IMG/VR virus record: IMGVR_UViG_3300050120_000210
Location: 85,125 to 149,124 of that record
Length of the DNA stretch: 64,000 nucleotides
Direction: 5' to 3' (one strand)
DNA from: a virus
Below, in pieces: positions 20,400 through 30,092 of this stretch. A model generated the notes under the pieces. The model ran no database searches. It was not told the DNA's origin and worked only from the letters and a program-made list of their open reading frames with translations. The first letter of the stretch is position 1; each line of letters begins with the position of its first letter. The position numbers were made by a program, and so were the translations under genes.

Positions 20400-20830
20400 C
20401 GGTGTGGGGCACGGTTAGAAAGAGATTGTTCCGGTCACGGACGGCTTCGGCCGACCAAGACCAGCACAGAAACCGAAAGGCCAATGTGTAGAGGGTAACC
20501 AAAGGAACTATCTAGTCACAGAACCATCGGTTCACCTCGTGAGTTACTGAGCAAACAGTGGTTAGCGCCACAAGGTTACTCAAAAAACAACGAATCAGAT
20601 CGTTAGTTACTGAGCAGGTATTCGGAGGATCGAAGAGCAACGCCTCACCGCCGCGCCCGTAGGTTCACGATAGGTCAAGGGTCCGCCCTTATAGCGGAGA
20701 CGAGAGGTAGCCGTCTTAAAAGGACTAACACTACCCGGAGACGAGATTACTCCGAAACCCGCAAGGGCCAACCCAATCTCAGGTCTCGCTTCGGACCTGT
20801 GACATTCGCGTTCGCGACACGATGGCACTT
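20400..20830 (+). ncRNA. unassigned large structured RNA candidate
   Basis: No credible ORF; UUCG/GAAA/GCAA-capped hairpins on the + strand; several long-range and pseudoknot pairings; downstream hairpin. Confidence 0.7.
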
Positions 20831-20832
20831 TA

Positions 20833-20864
20833 AGGGCCGGAAGTTTTGACCAGCTTCCGGCCCT
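20833..20864. terminator. stem-loop between the ncRNA candidate and the convergent operon
   Basis: agggccggaagt...gcttccggccct 12-bp stem. Confidence 0.7.
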
Positions 20865-20892
20865 GAGCATGTCTGGGATCATTCTGGACCGC

Positions 20893-21171
20893 TCATTCGC
20901 CTCTCCAAAACAGTTCGAACATCAGAGCATCGCGTTCCTCGTAGAAAAGGATCGTCTCGCGTGTTTTCTCCTGCCATTGATTTTCTTGGCTGGGGGCCTC
21001 GATACGCTGGGAATAAAGTCCCCAGCCGCCCCTCGTATTCATATGCAGCCAATCCTTGATGTGCTGACGGACGCGCGACGAGCGCCAACTCGGCTCGCGG
21101 CGATTCACACCCGATTCGGGAATGTCGGCCTTGATGACGTGGGTTGAGCCGAAGGTAAAAGGTTCAAGCAT
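20893..21171 (-). CDS. small paralog-family protein
   Basis: IKDWLHMN...ILFYEERDALMFELFW. Confidence 0.7.
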   Translation of the reverse strand: MLEPFTFGSTHVIKADIPESGVNRREPSWRSSRVRQHIKDWLHMNTRGGWGLYSQRIEAPSQENQWQEKTRETILFYEERDALMFELFWRGE

Positions 21172-21418
21172 CGGTGGACCCCCAGAACATGAAAAACAGC
21201 ACAGCGTCCCGTTCAAGCTCGAACAGCGCCACCGGCGAGGTTACCGATGGATGATAGAACAATGTGACGGTATACAACGCCTGCATATTTGCTTTGAGCC
21301 AGTCCGCGACTGTCGGCGTGAATTTAAGGCCGCGTGTGCCTTCGTAGTAGGCCCCGCCGCCGACGACTAGGTCTACCCGAAAACGATACGAGATACCATT
21401 GATGGGCTGCACGCTCAC
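21164..21418 (-). CDS. small paralog-family protein
   Basis: VADWLKAN...LFELERDAVLFFMFWG. Confidence 0.7.
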   Translation of the reverse strand: MSVQPINGISYRFRVDLVVGGGAYYEGTRGLKFTPTVADWLKANMQALYTVTLFYHPSVTSPVALFELERDAVLFFMFWGSTDA

Positions 21419-21729
21419 TCGAAACCCCAGAACATTTTGAAGAGGGCGGCATCAGATCGGGTGCGAAACAACACTCGGCAGAAATTAACGGTGAACGAAC
21501 TCTGGCCGCTGGCGTCTCGGCGCCAGCCATTCCCGAATTGCACCAGCCACCCCAATTTCGAGCTTCCGAGCAACCATGCGACCACTTCCGACTTGAGGGC
21601 CTTGTCGGCGAAATATGCCGGAGGCACATCGACGATGAACCAGTTCTTCAACAGAGGATCGGCCGGGAAGTGCACCGTTTCGCCGTCGTATCCGACCACG
21701 TCTTTCAGGATGTCTTCCGGCTCCCTCAT
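21415..21729 (-). CDS. small paralog-family protein
   Basis: VVAWLLGS...VLFRTRSDAALFKMFWG. Confidence 0.7.
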   Translation of the reverse strand: MREPEDILKDVVGYDGETVHFPADPLLKNWFIVDVPPAYFADKALKSEVVAWLLGSSKLGWLVQFGNGWRRDASGQSSFTVNFCRVLFRTRSDAALFKMFWGFE

Positions 21730-21983
21730 GACCGGTCCAACGCCCAGACCAAGTTCCAGCGAATGCAGAACACCAGTCGGTCGGCCTCTGTGGCGAATTG
21801 AAGCTCACACGAATCGTCGGGCCAGTGCACGACAACTATGACGATGCTCGTTTCCGCGCACCATCGTGCAGCCTCGTCAGCCAATCGATATTCGCCGCAT
21901 TCGGCGTACACGCTCGGATCGTAGATGCACGCTTTCGCCGACGTGAAGACTTGGCCATCGGTCAGATGGAGGGAAATTGTCAT
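21726..21983 (-). CDS. small paralog-family protein
   Basis: AARWCAET...LQFATEADRLVFCIRW. Confidence 0.7.
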   Translation of the reverse strand: MTISLHLTDGQVFTSAKACIYDPSVYAECGEYRLADEAARWCAETSIVIVVVHWPDDSCELQFATEADRLVFCIRWNLVWALDRS

Positions 21984-22297
21984 GTCAGGTAGAACATCTT
22001 GAAGAGCACGGCGTCTTCCTTGGACCATATCGTGATCCACGTCAGGCCATAGCCCGCAAGAATGGAGATGTCATCGCGCTGGATGGACCGCAGCCATCCT
22101 CGCACATCTGCATTCAAGGTCGTGCGGCGCTGACCTTGGGGCGCGATATATTCCTCCATGATCTCGCCTTCACCGACTTTCGTTTCGTTGAACGTCTTGA
22201 GGAAGACATAGCGCCGCGATCTGTCGATGCGGTCGCGACCGGGCATCAACAGGTTAATGCGATAGAGCGGGTGCTTCATATCGTCGGCGATGGACAT
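21980..22297 (-). CDS. small paralog-family protein
   Basis: VRGWLRS...ITIWSKEDAVLFKMFY; AGGA RBS and TTGACG upstream. Confidence 0.7.
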   Translation of the reverse strand: MSIADDMKHPLYRINLLMPGRDRIDRSRRYVFLKTFNETKVGEGEIMEEYIAPQGQRRTTLNADVRGWLRSIQRDDISILAGYGLTWITIWSKEDAVLFKMFYLT

Positions 22298-22367
22298 GAT
22301 TTTCCTTTCCTCACCGCATGGTCGCATCAAACTTGTTTTCGTCAACCAAAAGCGCCTAAATACCGAA

Positions 22368-22985
22368 ATGCGCGATCTCATCGACCTTGTCACGAACAGC
22401 CTCACAGACGTGATGCCGCTCGCCGAGAGCGTGGGAAGCCTCGAAACCCCCGCCGACATGGATCACCTCCACAGCGTGCTCTCTGCGCTCCGCAAGAGCC
22501 CTCTGGCGCCGTTCATTCGTATTTTCGGCTCAGCCGGTCAGGTTCCGGCGACCAAGGTCCCCGGCGACATCGACGCCTTCATCGACATGAGCGAAGTGGC
22601 GCTCGACAACGAAACTCGCAAGGAAGCTACTCGCGATTTGCTGGCCATTGCCGCAGCAAACTATGGCTCGTTCGATCCATTCATCCTGACGAAAAAGCAC
22701 GTCGGAACGGACCCCGATGGCAAGCCCGTCGTCCACCTGATGTTGTGGTCGCGAGACGACAACGCTCGGTCTTGGATTCCCTCCAAGAATGCCGTGAAGC
22801 TTACCAAGGCTGGCCGGGCTGGCATCCCACTGTCGGAAGTCAATCTGGGCGAGCTTCACGAGAAAGCGAACAGCAAGCGCGGCCGGAAGTTCGTCAAAAA
22901 ACACGAACAAGAATTCAAAGATCGGTACGGAGATGCGTGGAAACACGTCCTCTACGCCACCGCCAATAAAAGGTTCAAGGACTGA
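22368..22985 (+). CDS. Pol-beta superfamily nucleotidyltransferase-like, putative virion-internal protein
   Basis: IRIFGS...GDIDAFID motif; leader MRDLIDLV; TAAATA 5 nt before ATG; C-terminal FKDRYG...VLYATA. Confidence 0.65.
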   Translation: MRDLIDLVTNSLTDVMPLAESVGSLETPADMDHLHSVLSALRKSPLAPFIRIFGSAGQVPATKVPGDIDAFIDMSEVALDNETRKEATRDLLAIAAANYGSFDPFILTKKHVGTDPDGKPVVHLMLWSRDDNARSWIPSKNAVKLTKAGRAGIPLSEVNLGELHEKANSKRGRKFVKKHEQEFKDRYGDAWKHVLYATANKRFKD

Positions 22986-23491
22986 TGCTACCCGTAGCCG
23001 ACGAAGCCATGAATGCGATCCGAGCAAAGCATGTTCGTGCTTTGGCGTTTGCGAACCGCCGGGCGCCGTCAATGACGCGCGTGATCGTGCGGCCGAATCT
23101 CAATTTCTCCGTCACTGGCGAGGATGGCAAAAAATATTCGATCCAGACGATCCACGACAAGGGCAGCATCAACGGCGGGGTCATTGGGTTCGATCTCTCG
23201 GCCACCGTCTGCGGGGTTCACTTCATCGTCGATGAGCAAGCTCGAACGAAGATCGCCGGTGGTCGTCACAAGTTTCCAATGGCCGGTGTTGCCGGTTTCC
23301 TTGCTCAGATCGAACCCAGCCTTGAAGGCGTGGAGATTCGATTCAACCCCAAGACCGACAACCTGTTCACGCGTGTCGATGACGGGCGGCCGGTCAAGAC
23401 TGCCGACTTGGTGACGGTGTTCCACAATCGCGTCTATGCTCGCGGGAAGATCACGTATTGGGAGGGCATCGCCTCGGATGCACCGGCTTAA
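22985..23491 (+). CDS. hypothetical protein
   Basis: TGATG coupling with the upstream gene; FPMAGVAG...IRFNP motif. Confidence 0.6.
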   Translation: MLPVADEAMNAIRAKHVRALAFANRRAPSMTRVIVRPNLNFSVTGEDGKKYSIQTIHDKGSINGGVIGFDLSATVCGVHFIVDEQARTKIAGGRHKFPMAGVAGFLAQIEPSLEGVEIRFNPKTDNLFTRVDDGRPVKTADLVTVFHNRVYARGKITYWEGIASDAPA

Positions 23492-24255
23492 TGCGCGTCG
23501 GTGACATCTTCGAAGACGCCCACGCCGACTTCCATGCCAACCGTCTTGCGACCACCATTGCGAGCACGTTCGTCTCATGGCTAGCTCAGCACAACGAGAG
23601 CACACCTCTGGGCGACTTGCTGCATCGCTATCGCTATCGAGACGATATCATCCTCTACGCAACTGGCCCCGAGATCGGCTTGCCCAATTGCCCGGACCTC
23701 TTCATTGGCTTCGCTTGGAATCCCAAGAAGGCAGCCAACGGTGAACCCTACGGCGCCACCAAGGGCTATCACTCTCCGGCAAAGAACACGACAACCGGCG
23801 AGATGGTCTACTTCGTCGTGGTCACCGAAGATCGCGATCCATCAAACGAAACCGACGTGGCATTCGGCGTGAGCAGCGAGTTTCTCGTCCACGAGCTTAC
23901 GCATTATCTCGACCGCAAGCGCCAGTCGCCGACCGCGAAATATGCGGGACCGAATGCGTCGAGCGACCCAGCCGGTTACGTCAACAGTCCCTTCGAATTC
24001 AACGCGTTCTTCCAGCAGGGAATGCACAACATCCTGAAGGATTTGAACCGGCGTTCGACCAAAGACGAACTCGCCACGTTTGAAAGTTTCCAGAAAAACA
24101 ATCTCTGGCATTTCGACCATGGCTTCCGGGCGAACCTGTCGCCTGCCAACCAGCGCCGGTTCACCAAGCGTCTCTATCGTCTGTGGATGCTCATCAAGGC
24201 CAACTATCCGAACATGCACCTCATCGCCAAACAGGCGGACGCAATCACGGATTGA
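23491..24255 (+). CDS. HExxH metallopeptidase-like, putative virion-internal protein
   Basis: LVHELTHYLD...Y..SP.EFNAF; leader MRVGDIFE. Confidence 0.65.
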   Translation: MRVGDIFEDAHADFHANRLATTIASTFVSWLAQHNESTPLGDLLHRYRYRDDIILYATGPEIGLPNCPDLFIGFAWNPKKAANGEPYGATKGYHSPAKNTTTGEMVYFVVVTEDRDPSNETDVAFGVSSEFLVHELTHYLDRKRQSPTAKYAGPNASSDPAGYVNSPFEFNAFFQQGMHNILKDLNRRSTKDELATFESFQKNNLWHFDHGFRANLSPANQRRFTKRLYRLWMLIKANYPNMHLIAKQADAITD

Positions 24256-24378
24256 AGAAACGATGGCGCTCCGTGAGCCAAAGATCGAGCGCGATCATCA
24301 GTCGATACACCGGCGGAAACTGGATCGCTGCGGCGATCATGTAAACCGTGAGAGAAGTGTATCCGATGATCGATAACA

Positions 24379-24813
24379 TCACCTCTCGAATTCAGGATCA
24401 AACTTCGGAGGCTGCGACACCAACAGCCGAATGGCTTCCAATTTTGCAGCAGCCTGCTGCGCTTCCTCCTCGACCCACCCCACCGTCTGTTTCAGGTCTT
24501 CGAGGACAGATGCCTCGACAGCCTCGCGACTGGTCCAGAAATACGGGGTGTAGGAGGGGTTGAAGGCGTTGATCTTGAACGACCGTGGCCCGATGTGCTC
24601 GAACTCGACCAGCCATTCTTCTTCGACGTGGTCACCGCGTTTCTGCATTCCGACCTGTTCAACCTTGGTCACGGTGTCACGAAAGATGGTCGGCTCATCG
24701 TAGTCGTATTTGACGTGATGCCAGAACACCGACCAGAGCACATCGCCGACCTTCAAAGGCCGGGGATCGAAGCTCGGGGTGTCACCATCGGTGACAGCGT
24801 AGTGGCCGCCCAT
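24379..24813 (-). CDS. hypothetical protein
   Basis: 144 aa ORF in a co-directional operon. Confidence 0.6.
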   Translation of the reverse strand: MGGHYAVTDGDTPSFDPRPLKVGDVLWSVFWHHVKYDYDEPTIFRDTVTKVEQVGMQKRGDHVEEEWLVEFEHIGPRSFKINAFNPSYTPYFWTSREAVEASVLEDLKQTVGWVEEEAQQAAAKLEAIRLLVSQPPKFDPEFER

Positions 24814-24816
24814 GGA

Positions 24817-25422
24817 TCAGCCTTTCGCGATCTGACTGGCCATCTTGCCGTCGTAGAGACCGGCGAAATTGGTTTTCAGATGGGCCATGATGACGCCCAT
24901 GTTCGCGTCGGGGTTGGCCGCCTTGAAAGTCGAGACCGCCTCTCGCAATTCGTCCTCCGTCATCTGCTTGGGCAGATAGCTGGTGAGGATTTCGATTTCA
25001 CGGTCGGTGGCGCGCATCTTCGGCACGATGTTCGCCATGAACTCGCGTTGACCGTCTTCCAGCAGACGGGTCTTACCGTCAGTGGACGGGTGACCCATTG
25101 CACGCTCGAACTCCTTTTCAAGAAGCTCGGCGTTCGACTTCGCACCCTTCAGGAACTTGGTGATGGTCGCGATGACCTTCTCGTCCGTGATGGGAACGGT
25201 GACCGGGATCGGAGGCACCACGAAGCCGTCACCGGACGCCCGCCGCGCATCACGATCTTCGACACTCTCAGCTTTGAGAGCGACGGCTTCGGCCGCCTTG
25301 AACTCGTCTTCGGTCACCATGCTGGCTTCGCCGAGCAGAGTCGTCAGTAAGGTCGCAGCAACGGTGTCGCGCGATTTGCGAGCTTCGAGTTGGTCGGCCT
25401 TCAATTTGGCGATCAGGCTCAT
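24817..25422 (-). CDS. GatB/YqeY domain protein
   Basis: LK.D...A.K..D......L..LLGE and EIEIL..YLPKQM...MG.IM..LK...G..DG. Confidence 0.85.
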   Translation of the reverse strand: MSLIAKLKADQLEARKSRDTVAATLLTTLLGEASMVTEDEFKAAEAVALKAESVEDRDARRASGDGFVVPPIPVTVPITDEKVIATITKFLKGAKSNAELLEKEFERAMGHPSTDGKTRLLEDGQREFMANIVPKMRATDREIEILTSYLPKQMTEDELREAVSTFKAANPDANMGVIMAHLKTNFAGLYDGKMASQIAKG

Positions 25423-25431
25423 GGTAGTCTC

Positions 25432-26094
25432 CTACGCATCTTCATCCGATGCTTCGATATGTTTTAGTTCATCGTAAAGCATTTCGAGAAAGGAAATGAC
25501 TTTGCACTCGTCGTTTGGGCTCCAAACATCCGGCGCGTCGATTTCCACACCCGTGCCTTTGCTCTTAGCACTCACCAGCCAAAAATACAGCCCCTCGTGT
25601 TCAAGATGCCAAATATCGAAACGAAACTCGCTGGTGAACGTCTGTTGACGTTTTCCGAAAATCTTTGCGAGTGTTTCGCGTTCCGCACCCATGACGGTCA
25701 TCGTGCGGTCGAAACCAAGACGCTTATCTCCGTGGCCCGCGAACCAGTCCCGCACAGCGGGTAGATTGGACGAGTTAAGCGGATGAGCATCTTTGTATCG
25801 TGCACGAGTCATAAACTCGACGTTAGGCAGCACCGACTTTGTGGTCAACCAATTTTGGTGCCGAGTATGATATCGTTTCCCAATTGCCAACGACGGTTGA
25901 CCATGATTTCCAGAACAGCCGGAATCATGACAAGCAATTGGCCAGCCGATGATCCAGACAAATGCAGCCCTTGCAGGTTGGTGCAGTCGGTATAAAAGCG
26001 AGGGGCCGCGCCCGGCGGTGAATATGCAACTGGAACAGTCTTGATCGTTGACCGCGAGGGTCGCGACTGGACTAGTTGCAATATCAGGCGTCAC
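25432..26094 (-). CDS. hypothetical protein (true start possibly 25812)
   Basis: ORF coupled to the thrS stop; only the C-terminal 126 aa look protein-like. Confidence 0.45.
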   Translation of the reverse strand: MTPDIATSPVATLAVNDQDCSSCIFTAGRGPSLLYRLHQPARAAFVWIIGWPIACHDSGCSGNHGQPSLAIGKRYHTRHQNWLTTKSVLPNVEFMTRARYKDAHPLNSSNLPAVRDWFAGHGDKRLGFDRTMTVMGAERETLAKIFGKRQQTFTSEFRFDIWHLEHEGLYFWLVSAKSKGTGVEIDAPDVWSPNDECKVISFLEMLYDELKHIEASDEDA

Positions 26095-27353
26095 CGACCG
26101 AGAACCAATGCCGCCAAATCTTCTCGCTTGACGATATGTTGACCCTTCTCGCCAAGATTTCGAACTGCCGCCGTTCCGGCTTCTTGTTCTCGTCCGCCAA
26201 CCGCGATGATGTAGGGCACAGCCATGAGACTATGCTCTTTCACCTTCTGAGAAACGTTCTCGTCCCGCACGTCCAAACTGACACGGGCGCCAGAGGCTTC
26301 CAGATCGTCACAGACGGCCTTTGCGTATTCTGCGGCCTCCGGCTTGATCGACATCACAACGGCCTGCACAGGGCTCAGCCAAGCCGGTAGACGGCCATCG
26401 TAGTGTTCCAGCAGGATACCGATGAACCGTTCCATCGATCCGAGGATCGCACGGTGTAGCATGACGGGAGTATGGGCCTTGCCATCTTCGCCGGTGTAAC
26501 GCGCGCCGAGCGCCTGTGGCAGCACGAAGTCGAGTTGCAGGGTGCCGCATTGCCATTCGCGACCCTTGTTGTCCTTGAGGGCGAATTCGAGCTTCGGGCC
26601 ATAGAAGGCGCCCTCGCCCGGATAGACCTCATAGACCAGCCCAGCAGCGGTCACAGCCTGAGCCAAAGCGGCCTCGGCACGATCCCACACTTCGTCCTCG
26701 CCAGCACGGACTTCCGGCCGGGTGGAGAAACCGATCTTCACGTCTTCGAACCCAAAGTCCTTGTAGACGGCAAGCAGCAGTTCGCAGAAAGCCTTGGTCT
26801 CGGCCACGACCTGATCTTCAGCGCAGAAAATATGCGCGTCATCTTGAGTGAATTGACGAACGCGCATGATGCCATGCAGTGACCCGGAAGGTTCGTTGCG
26901 ATGGCAGCAACCAAACTCGGCCATCCGCATCGGAAGCTGGCGATAGCTCACGGTATCGGCGTTGAAAATCTGAACGTGGGCCGGACAGTTCATCGGTTTG
27001 AGCACATGAGTCGCCTTGGCGGCTTCATGCAGATCGCCGGGCACGAAATGTCCGCCGGAGCCGATATCGTCGCGATAGCTGTAGAAATCCCCGGTAGAGA
27101 AAATCTTGTCACCATAGTTCGCCCAGTGTCCCGATTTCTCGAACAGGGATCGGTCGAACAGTTGCGGGGTCTTCACCTCGAAATAGCCACCCGCCTTCAG
27201 CTTGCTGCGGATATAGTTCTCGATGGTGTTGAACAGGGTGAAGCCATTGGCGTGCCAAAACACGCTGCCTGCGGCTTCTTCTTGGATGTGGAAAAGACCA
27301 AGCTCGCGGCCGAGCCGTCGATGGTCGTTGTCAGCAAGCGAATCGTCGCTCAT
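26091..27353 (-). CDS. thrS: threonyl-tRNA synthetase lacking the N-terminal TGS/editing domains
   Basis: [68 protein letters not shown]. Confidence 0.95.
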   Translation of the reverse strand: MSDDSLADNDHRRLGRELGLFHIQEEAAGSVFWHANGFTLFNTIENYIRSKLKAGGYFEVKTPQLFDRSLFEKSGHWANYGDKIFSTGDFYSYRDDIGSGGHFVPGDLHEAAKATHVLKPMNCPAHVQIFNADTVSYRQLPMRMAEFGCCHRNEPSGSLHGIMRVRQFTQDDAHIFCAEDQVVAETKAFCELLLAVYKDFGFEDVKIGFSTRPEVRAGEDEVWDRAEAALAQAVTAAGLVYEVYPGEGAFYGPKLEFALKDNKGREWQCGTLQLDFVLPQALGARYTGEDGKAHTPVMLHRAILGSMERFIGILLEHYDGRLPAWLSPVQAVVMSIKPEAAEYAKAVCDDLEASGARVSLDVRDENVSQKVKEHSLMAVPYIIAVGGREQEAGTAAVRNLGEKGQHIVKREDLAALVLGR

Positions 27354-27364
27354 GGGAGTAACCT

Positions 27365-27745
27365 CTAATCCGAGAGGCCCCCGACCAATCGGAGATCACT
27401 CTCTGTAAGTGTGATATTTTGGAAATTGGGCTCGTGGGCCAGATCGCGGATTTCCGCGAGTCGGTAAAGGTCGCGTTTGGCGTTCAGAACCTCTCGTTCT
27501 TCCTGTCTGCACCAACCCCACGGGTATTGGCTGTTCAGATAGGCGATAGCTTCGTCACGCGTCCTAGTTCGACGCGTCCAAAATGTCTTCTTTGTTTCGA
27601 TAGTCTTGGTGATGATCGCGTCGCTGGCGGCCTCATAGGCGGCCTCGGCCACGGCCAATTGTTCGGCGACGACTTCAGTCCGTTCGTTGGTCATGCGAAC
27701 GAGTTCGTCGTTGGCGACCTTGGCGGTGATGACTTCGTCGGACAC
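27365..27745 (-). CDS. hypothetical protein
   Basis: AGGAG RBS, GTG start, 126 aa. Confidence 0.6.
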   Translation of the reverse strand: MSDEVITAKVANDELVRMTNERTEVVAEQLAVAEAAYEAASDAIITKTIETKKTFWTRRTRTRDEAIAYLNSQYPWGWCRQEEREVLNAKRDLYRLAEIRDLAHEPNFQNITLTESDLRLVGGLSD

Positions 27746-27831
27746 GGTGATGTTCTCCTGAAGCCGCCATCATAGACAGCTTCAAATGGTTTTCCAAATT
27801 GATTTATCGCCAACCCGCTCGGTAGACGATG

Positions 27832-28341
27832 TCAGGAAGCATCGCGGATAACTCTCACGAACTTACTGCATACTCCGAAATAATCTGTCGTGTTGAACTC
27901 GGAAGGATCGTCAAACCATCCCTTCGCCCATTCTGGTTGATTGCGGATGCTGCTATAGTTCAGCTTTCCACCGGGGTAGGTCCAAACAAACCCACGACTC
28001 GTCAGGGTGTAATCGTCATTTTGGTGCCAGAAATAATTGGCGTTCGCCAGTCGGATTGACAACAAGGGATCGGAAAACTCCACACCCAAATGGGACATGA
28101 GTGTCATACGAGATAGAGCGTCGAGGTTCTTGCAGTGAATCCAAAGACCTTCTTTCGAAAGGAAGTTGTCATCCACTTCATACGTCGCTTCGTCGTGGCC
28201 CAGCCACCATTTGCCGTCGATCAAACGCACGTCGATCTCCGCATTGAACCCTTCGGCCAATGCTTGTTCGATCTGCTCGGGAAGATTTTCCCGAGCTTCA
28301 TCGTAACCGTTGAAGAGACCTCGGTGCGCGATCAGGATCAC
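27832..28341 (-). CDS. glycerophosphodiester phosphodiesterase/PI-PLC-like protein
   Basis: IAHRG...EN......A...GF..EIDV...LGHD...WIHCKN...FWHQ.D..TLTS.G..W.YPG. Confidence 0.75.
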   Translation of the reverse strand: MILIAHRGLFNGYDEARENLPEQIEQALAEGFNAEIDVRLIDGKWWLGHDEATYEVDDNFLSKEGLWIHCKNLDALSRMTLMSHLGVEFSDPLLSIRLANANYFWHQNDDYTLTSRGFVWTYPGGKLNYSSIRNQPEWAKGWFDDPSEFNTTDYFGVCSKFVRVIRDAS

Positions 28342-28949
28342 TTAATCGGCCGGAAATAGATGTTGTCCTCGTTCTGTTGCTTCATAGTCTTGAAGACTTC
28401 GTATCCCTTGTCACTCAAGAAATCCAAAGCCTCTTCCATGGTGTGCTGGCCTTTGTAGAGCATGACTTCTTCGCTCTGCGGAACTTCGATGACGCCTTCT
28501 TGGATCAGGGCAAAATAATCGGCCATACCACGAAGAACCGCCAGATCACTTCCTTGCGTGTCACAATGGAAGAAGTCGATTTTGTTGATCTTGACCACTT
28601 CCAGCCACGTATCCAGACGAATCACCGGCACCACGAGGGATGTCTCGTAGAAGAAATCTGTCCGATCCGGCCAAGTCACGTCGAGACCGTCAGCAAATTC
28701 CAGCAAGGAACTGCAACCCCAATCTGCGTGGGCGGTGATGTTGAACTTGGCGACGCCATTGAAGTCGCTAACAGCAGACGGGATAGCGGAAAATCGCTCC
28801 CTGAACGGCGCGCTCTGTTGCATGAGATGCACGTACAATTCCGGCGTCGGCTCGAACGCATACGCACGATAGTGCGGGTTGTTGCGAGTAATGTCGAGAC
28901 AGTCAGCGCCCCAGTTGGCCCCCACGTCGAAAAGAGTGAACTGATCCAT
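28338..28949 (-). CDS. FkbM-family SAM methyltransferase
   Basis: FDVGAN.G, AFEP, A+SD, RLD, D.QGSDL.VL.G; TATAAATA upstream. Confidence 0.85.
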   Translation of the reverse strand: MDQFTLFDVGANWGADCLDITRNNPHYRAYAFEPTPELYVHLMQQSAPFRERFSAIPSAVSDFNGVAKFNITAHADWGCSSLLEFADGLDVTWPDRTDFFYETSLVVPVIRLDTWLEVVKINKIDFFHCDTQGSDLAVLRGMADYFALIQEGVIEVPQSEEVMLYKGQHTMEEALDFLSDKGYEVFKTMKQQNEDNIYFRPIK

Positions 28950-28973
28950 AAAAAACCTCTGTAATAGCCGTAT

Positions 28974-29678
28974 TTATACGGGTTGATATTGACCAGCCGG
29001 AGTGTGCTGGATTGTTTTGTTAATGTGGAACTCATTCCACGGCAGACCCAATTTCTGGATGTGATGGACTGATAAAGTGTGGGGGCAAAGCAGGCCCGTC
29101 TCGGCGTAATATTCTTCGAGCTTCATGCCGATTGTCGCGAAACGAGAGACGTTCTCATAGGAGCCGATCTGGAACATATCGCCGGTCCCGCCGCCCATGT
29201 GGTTGCGGTGAGCCAGCGTATAGAACGTGTTCGGATCGAAGTTCGGCATGGCGTCGTGCAAGATCATGTCCGGCCGCATCCGAATCACGAGATCGTATTT
29301 CTTGCCGGTCTGCATGATGTGCTCTTCGAGCAGGTTCATGGCGGCGCCCATCTTGTAGAACATCGAGATAATGTTCCGGGGCCGGTGATAGAAGTTCGGG
29401 AACCCTTCGGCACGCTTCGCGAAAGTCGTCAGATAGTTGTCGAAATGCTCGACCACCATCTTGATCGGCTTGTATGCATCACAGGCCGCGTGCGGGTCGA
29501 GGGCATCACTCTGCTCATGAATGCCGATGGCGCCTTCCTGCGGCACCCACCAGCCTTCGTTGTCCCACGTATGGATGAAAACGTCGGGACTGTAGCGGTC
29601 GATGAACTGCTCTTTGAAATTGGGGAACACTTGGTTCCAGCAGCGCATGTGACCAGAAAGAACAACAGCGACGTTCAT
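28974..29678 (-). CDS. putative glycosyltransferase
   Basis: AVVLSGHMR...DVFIHTW...YDLVIRMRPD; located in a glycan cluster. Confidence 0.6.
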   Translation of the reverse strand: MNVAVVLSGHMRCWNQVFPNFKEQFIDRYSPDVFIHTWDNEGWWVPQEGAIGIHEQSDALDPHAACDAYKPIKMVVEHFDNYLTTFAKRAEGFPNFYHRPRNIISMFYKMGAAMNLLEEHIMQTGKKYDLVIRMRPDMILHDAMPNFDPNTFYTLAHRNHMGGGTGDMFQIGSYENVSRFATIGMKLEEYYAETGLLCPHTLSVHHIQKLGLPWNEFHINKTIQHTPAGQYQPV

Positions 29679-29935
29679 TTGCCGTTTAGCCCTTCGAGGA
29701 AAGGCGTGATGACATCGCCGGGAATCTTCTGGCCACGCGGTGCGTGACCCATTTGCCTGACGAAAATGTTCACGGCTTGCCGAATGGCATCAGCTTCAAG
29801 CTGAAGGCCATACGCCTTATAGTCGTCACAGACCGTGCCGCGACAGTTGTTGGCTTCTTGCTGAAGTCGATCACCCGCCTTTTGGAGGATGTAGACCATC
29901 TCTTCGTTAATTACCATCAGCAGCCTCGTCAGCAA
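29675..29935 (-). CDS. small hypothetical protein
   Basis: Coupled ORF within the cluster; start uncertain. Confidence 0.45.
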   Translation of the reverse strand: MLTRLLMVINEEMVYILQKAGDRLQQEANNCRGTVCDDYKAYGLQLEADAIRQAVNIFVRQMGHAPRGQKIPGDVITPFLEGLNGK

Positions 29936-30092
29936 TAACCAAATTGAGATTGTCTCGGGCGACGTTCAGTTTTTCGATTGCTTTCTCAAGGTGAAAATTG
30001 TCTTCACCTTCAATGAACTCATCTCGAATTTTAGACATCGTCTCCTCGATTTCAGACACGGTGTCAGTCAACCTATCAGCAAGAGCGGTCAT
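29907..30092 (-). CDS. small coiled-coil hypothetical protein
   Basis: TGATG coupling to the upstream gene. Confidence 0.5.
   Translation of the reverse strand: MTALADRLTDTVSEIEETMSKIRDEFIEGEDNFHLEKAIEKLNVARDNLNLVIADEAADGN

Noticed and set aside
20400-20830. tmRNA, RNase P RNA, SRP RNA, group I/II intron or hammerhead identity
   Set aside because: Lacks tRNA-like ends, GAGGAAAGUCC, the SRP loop, domain V and CUGAUGA; GACUA and UAGUC occur in the reverse order to group I P7, and it does not interrupt a gene
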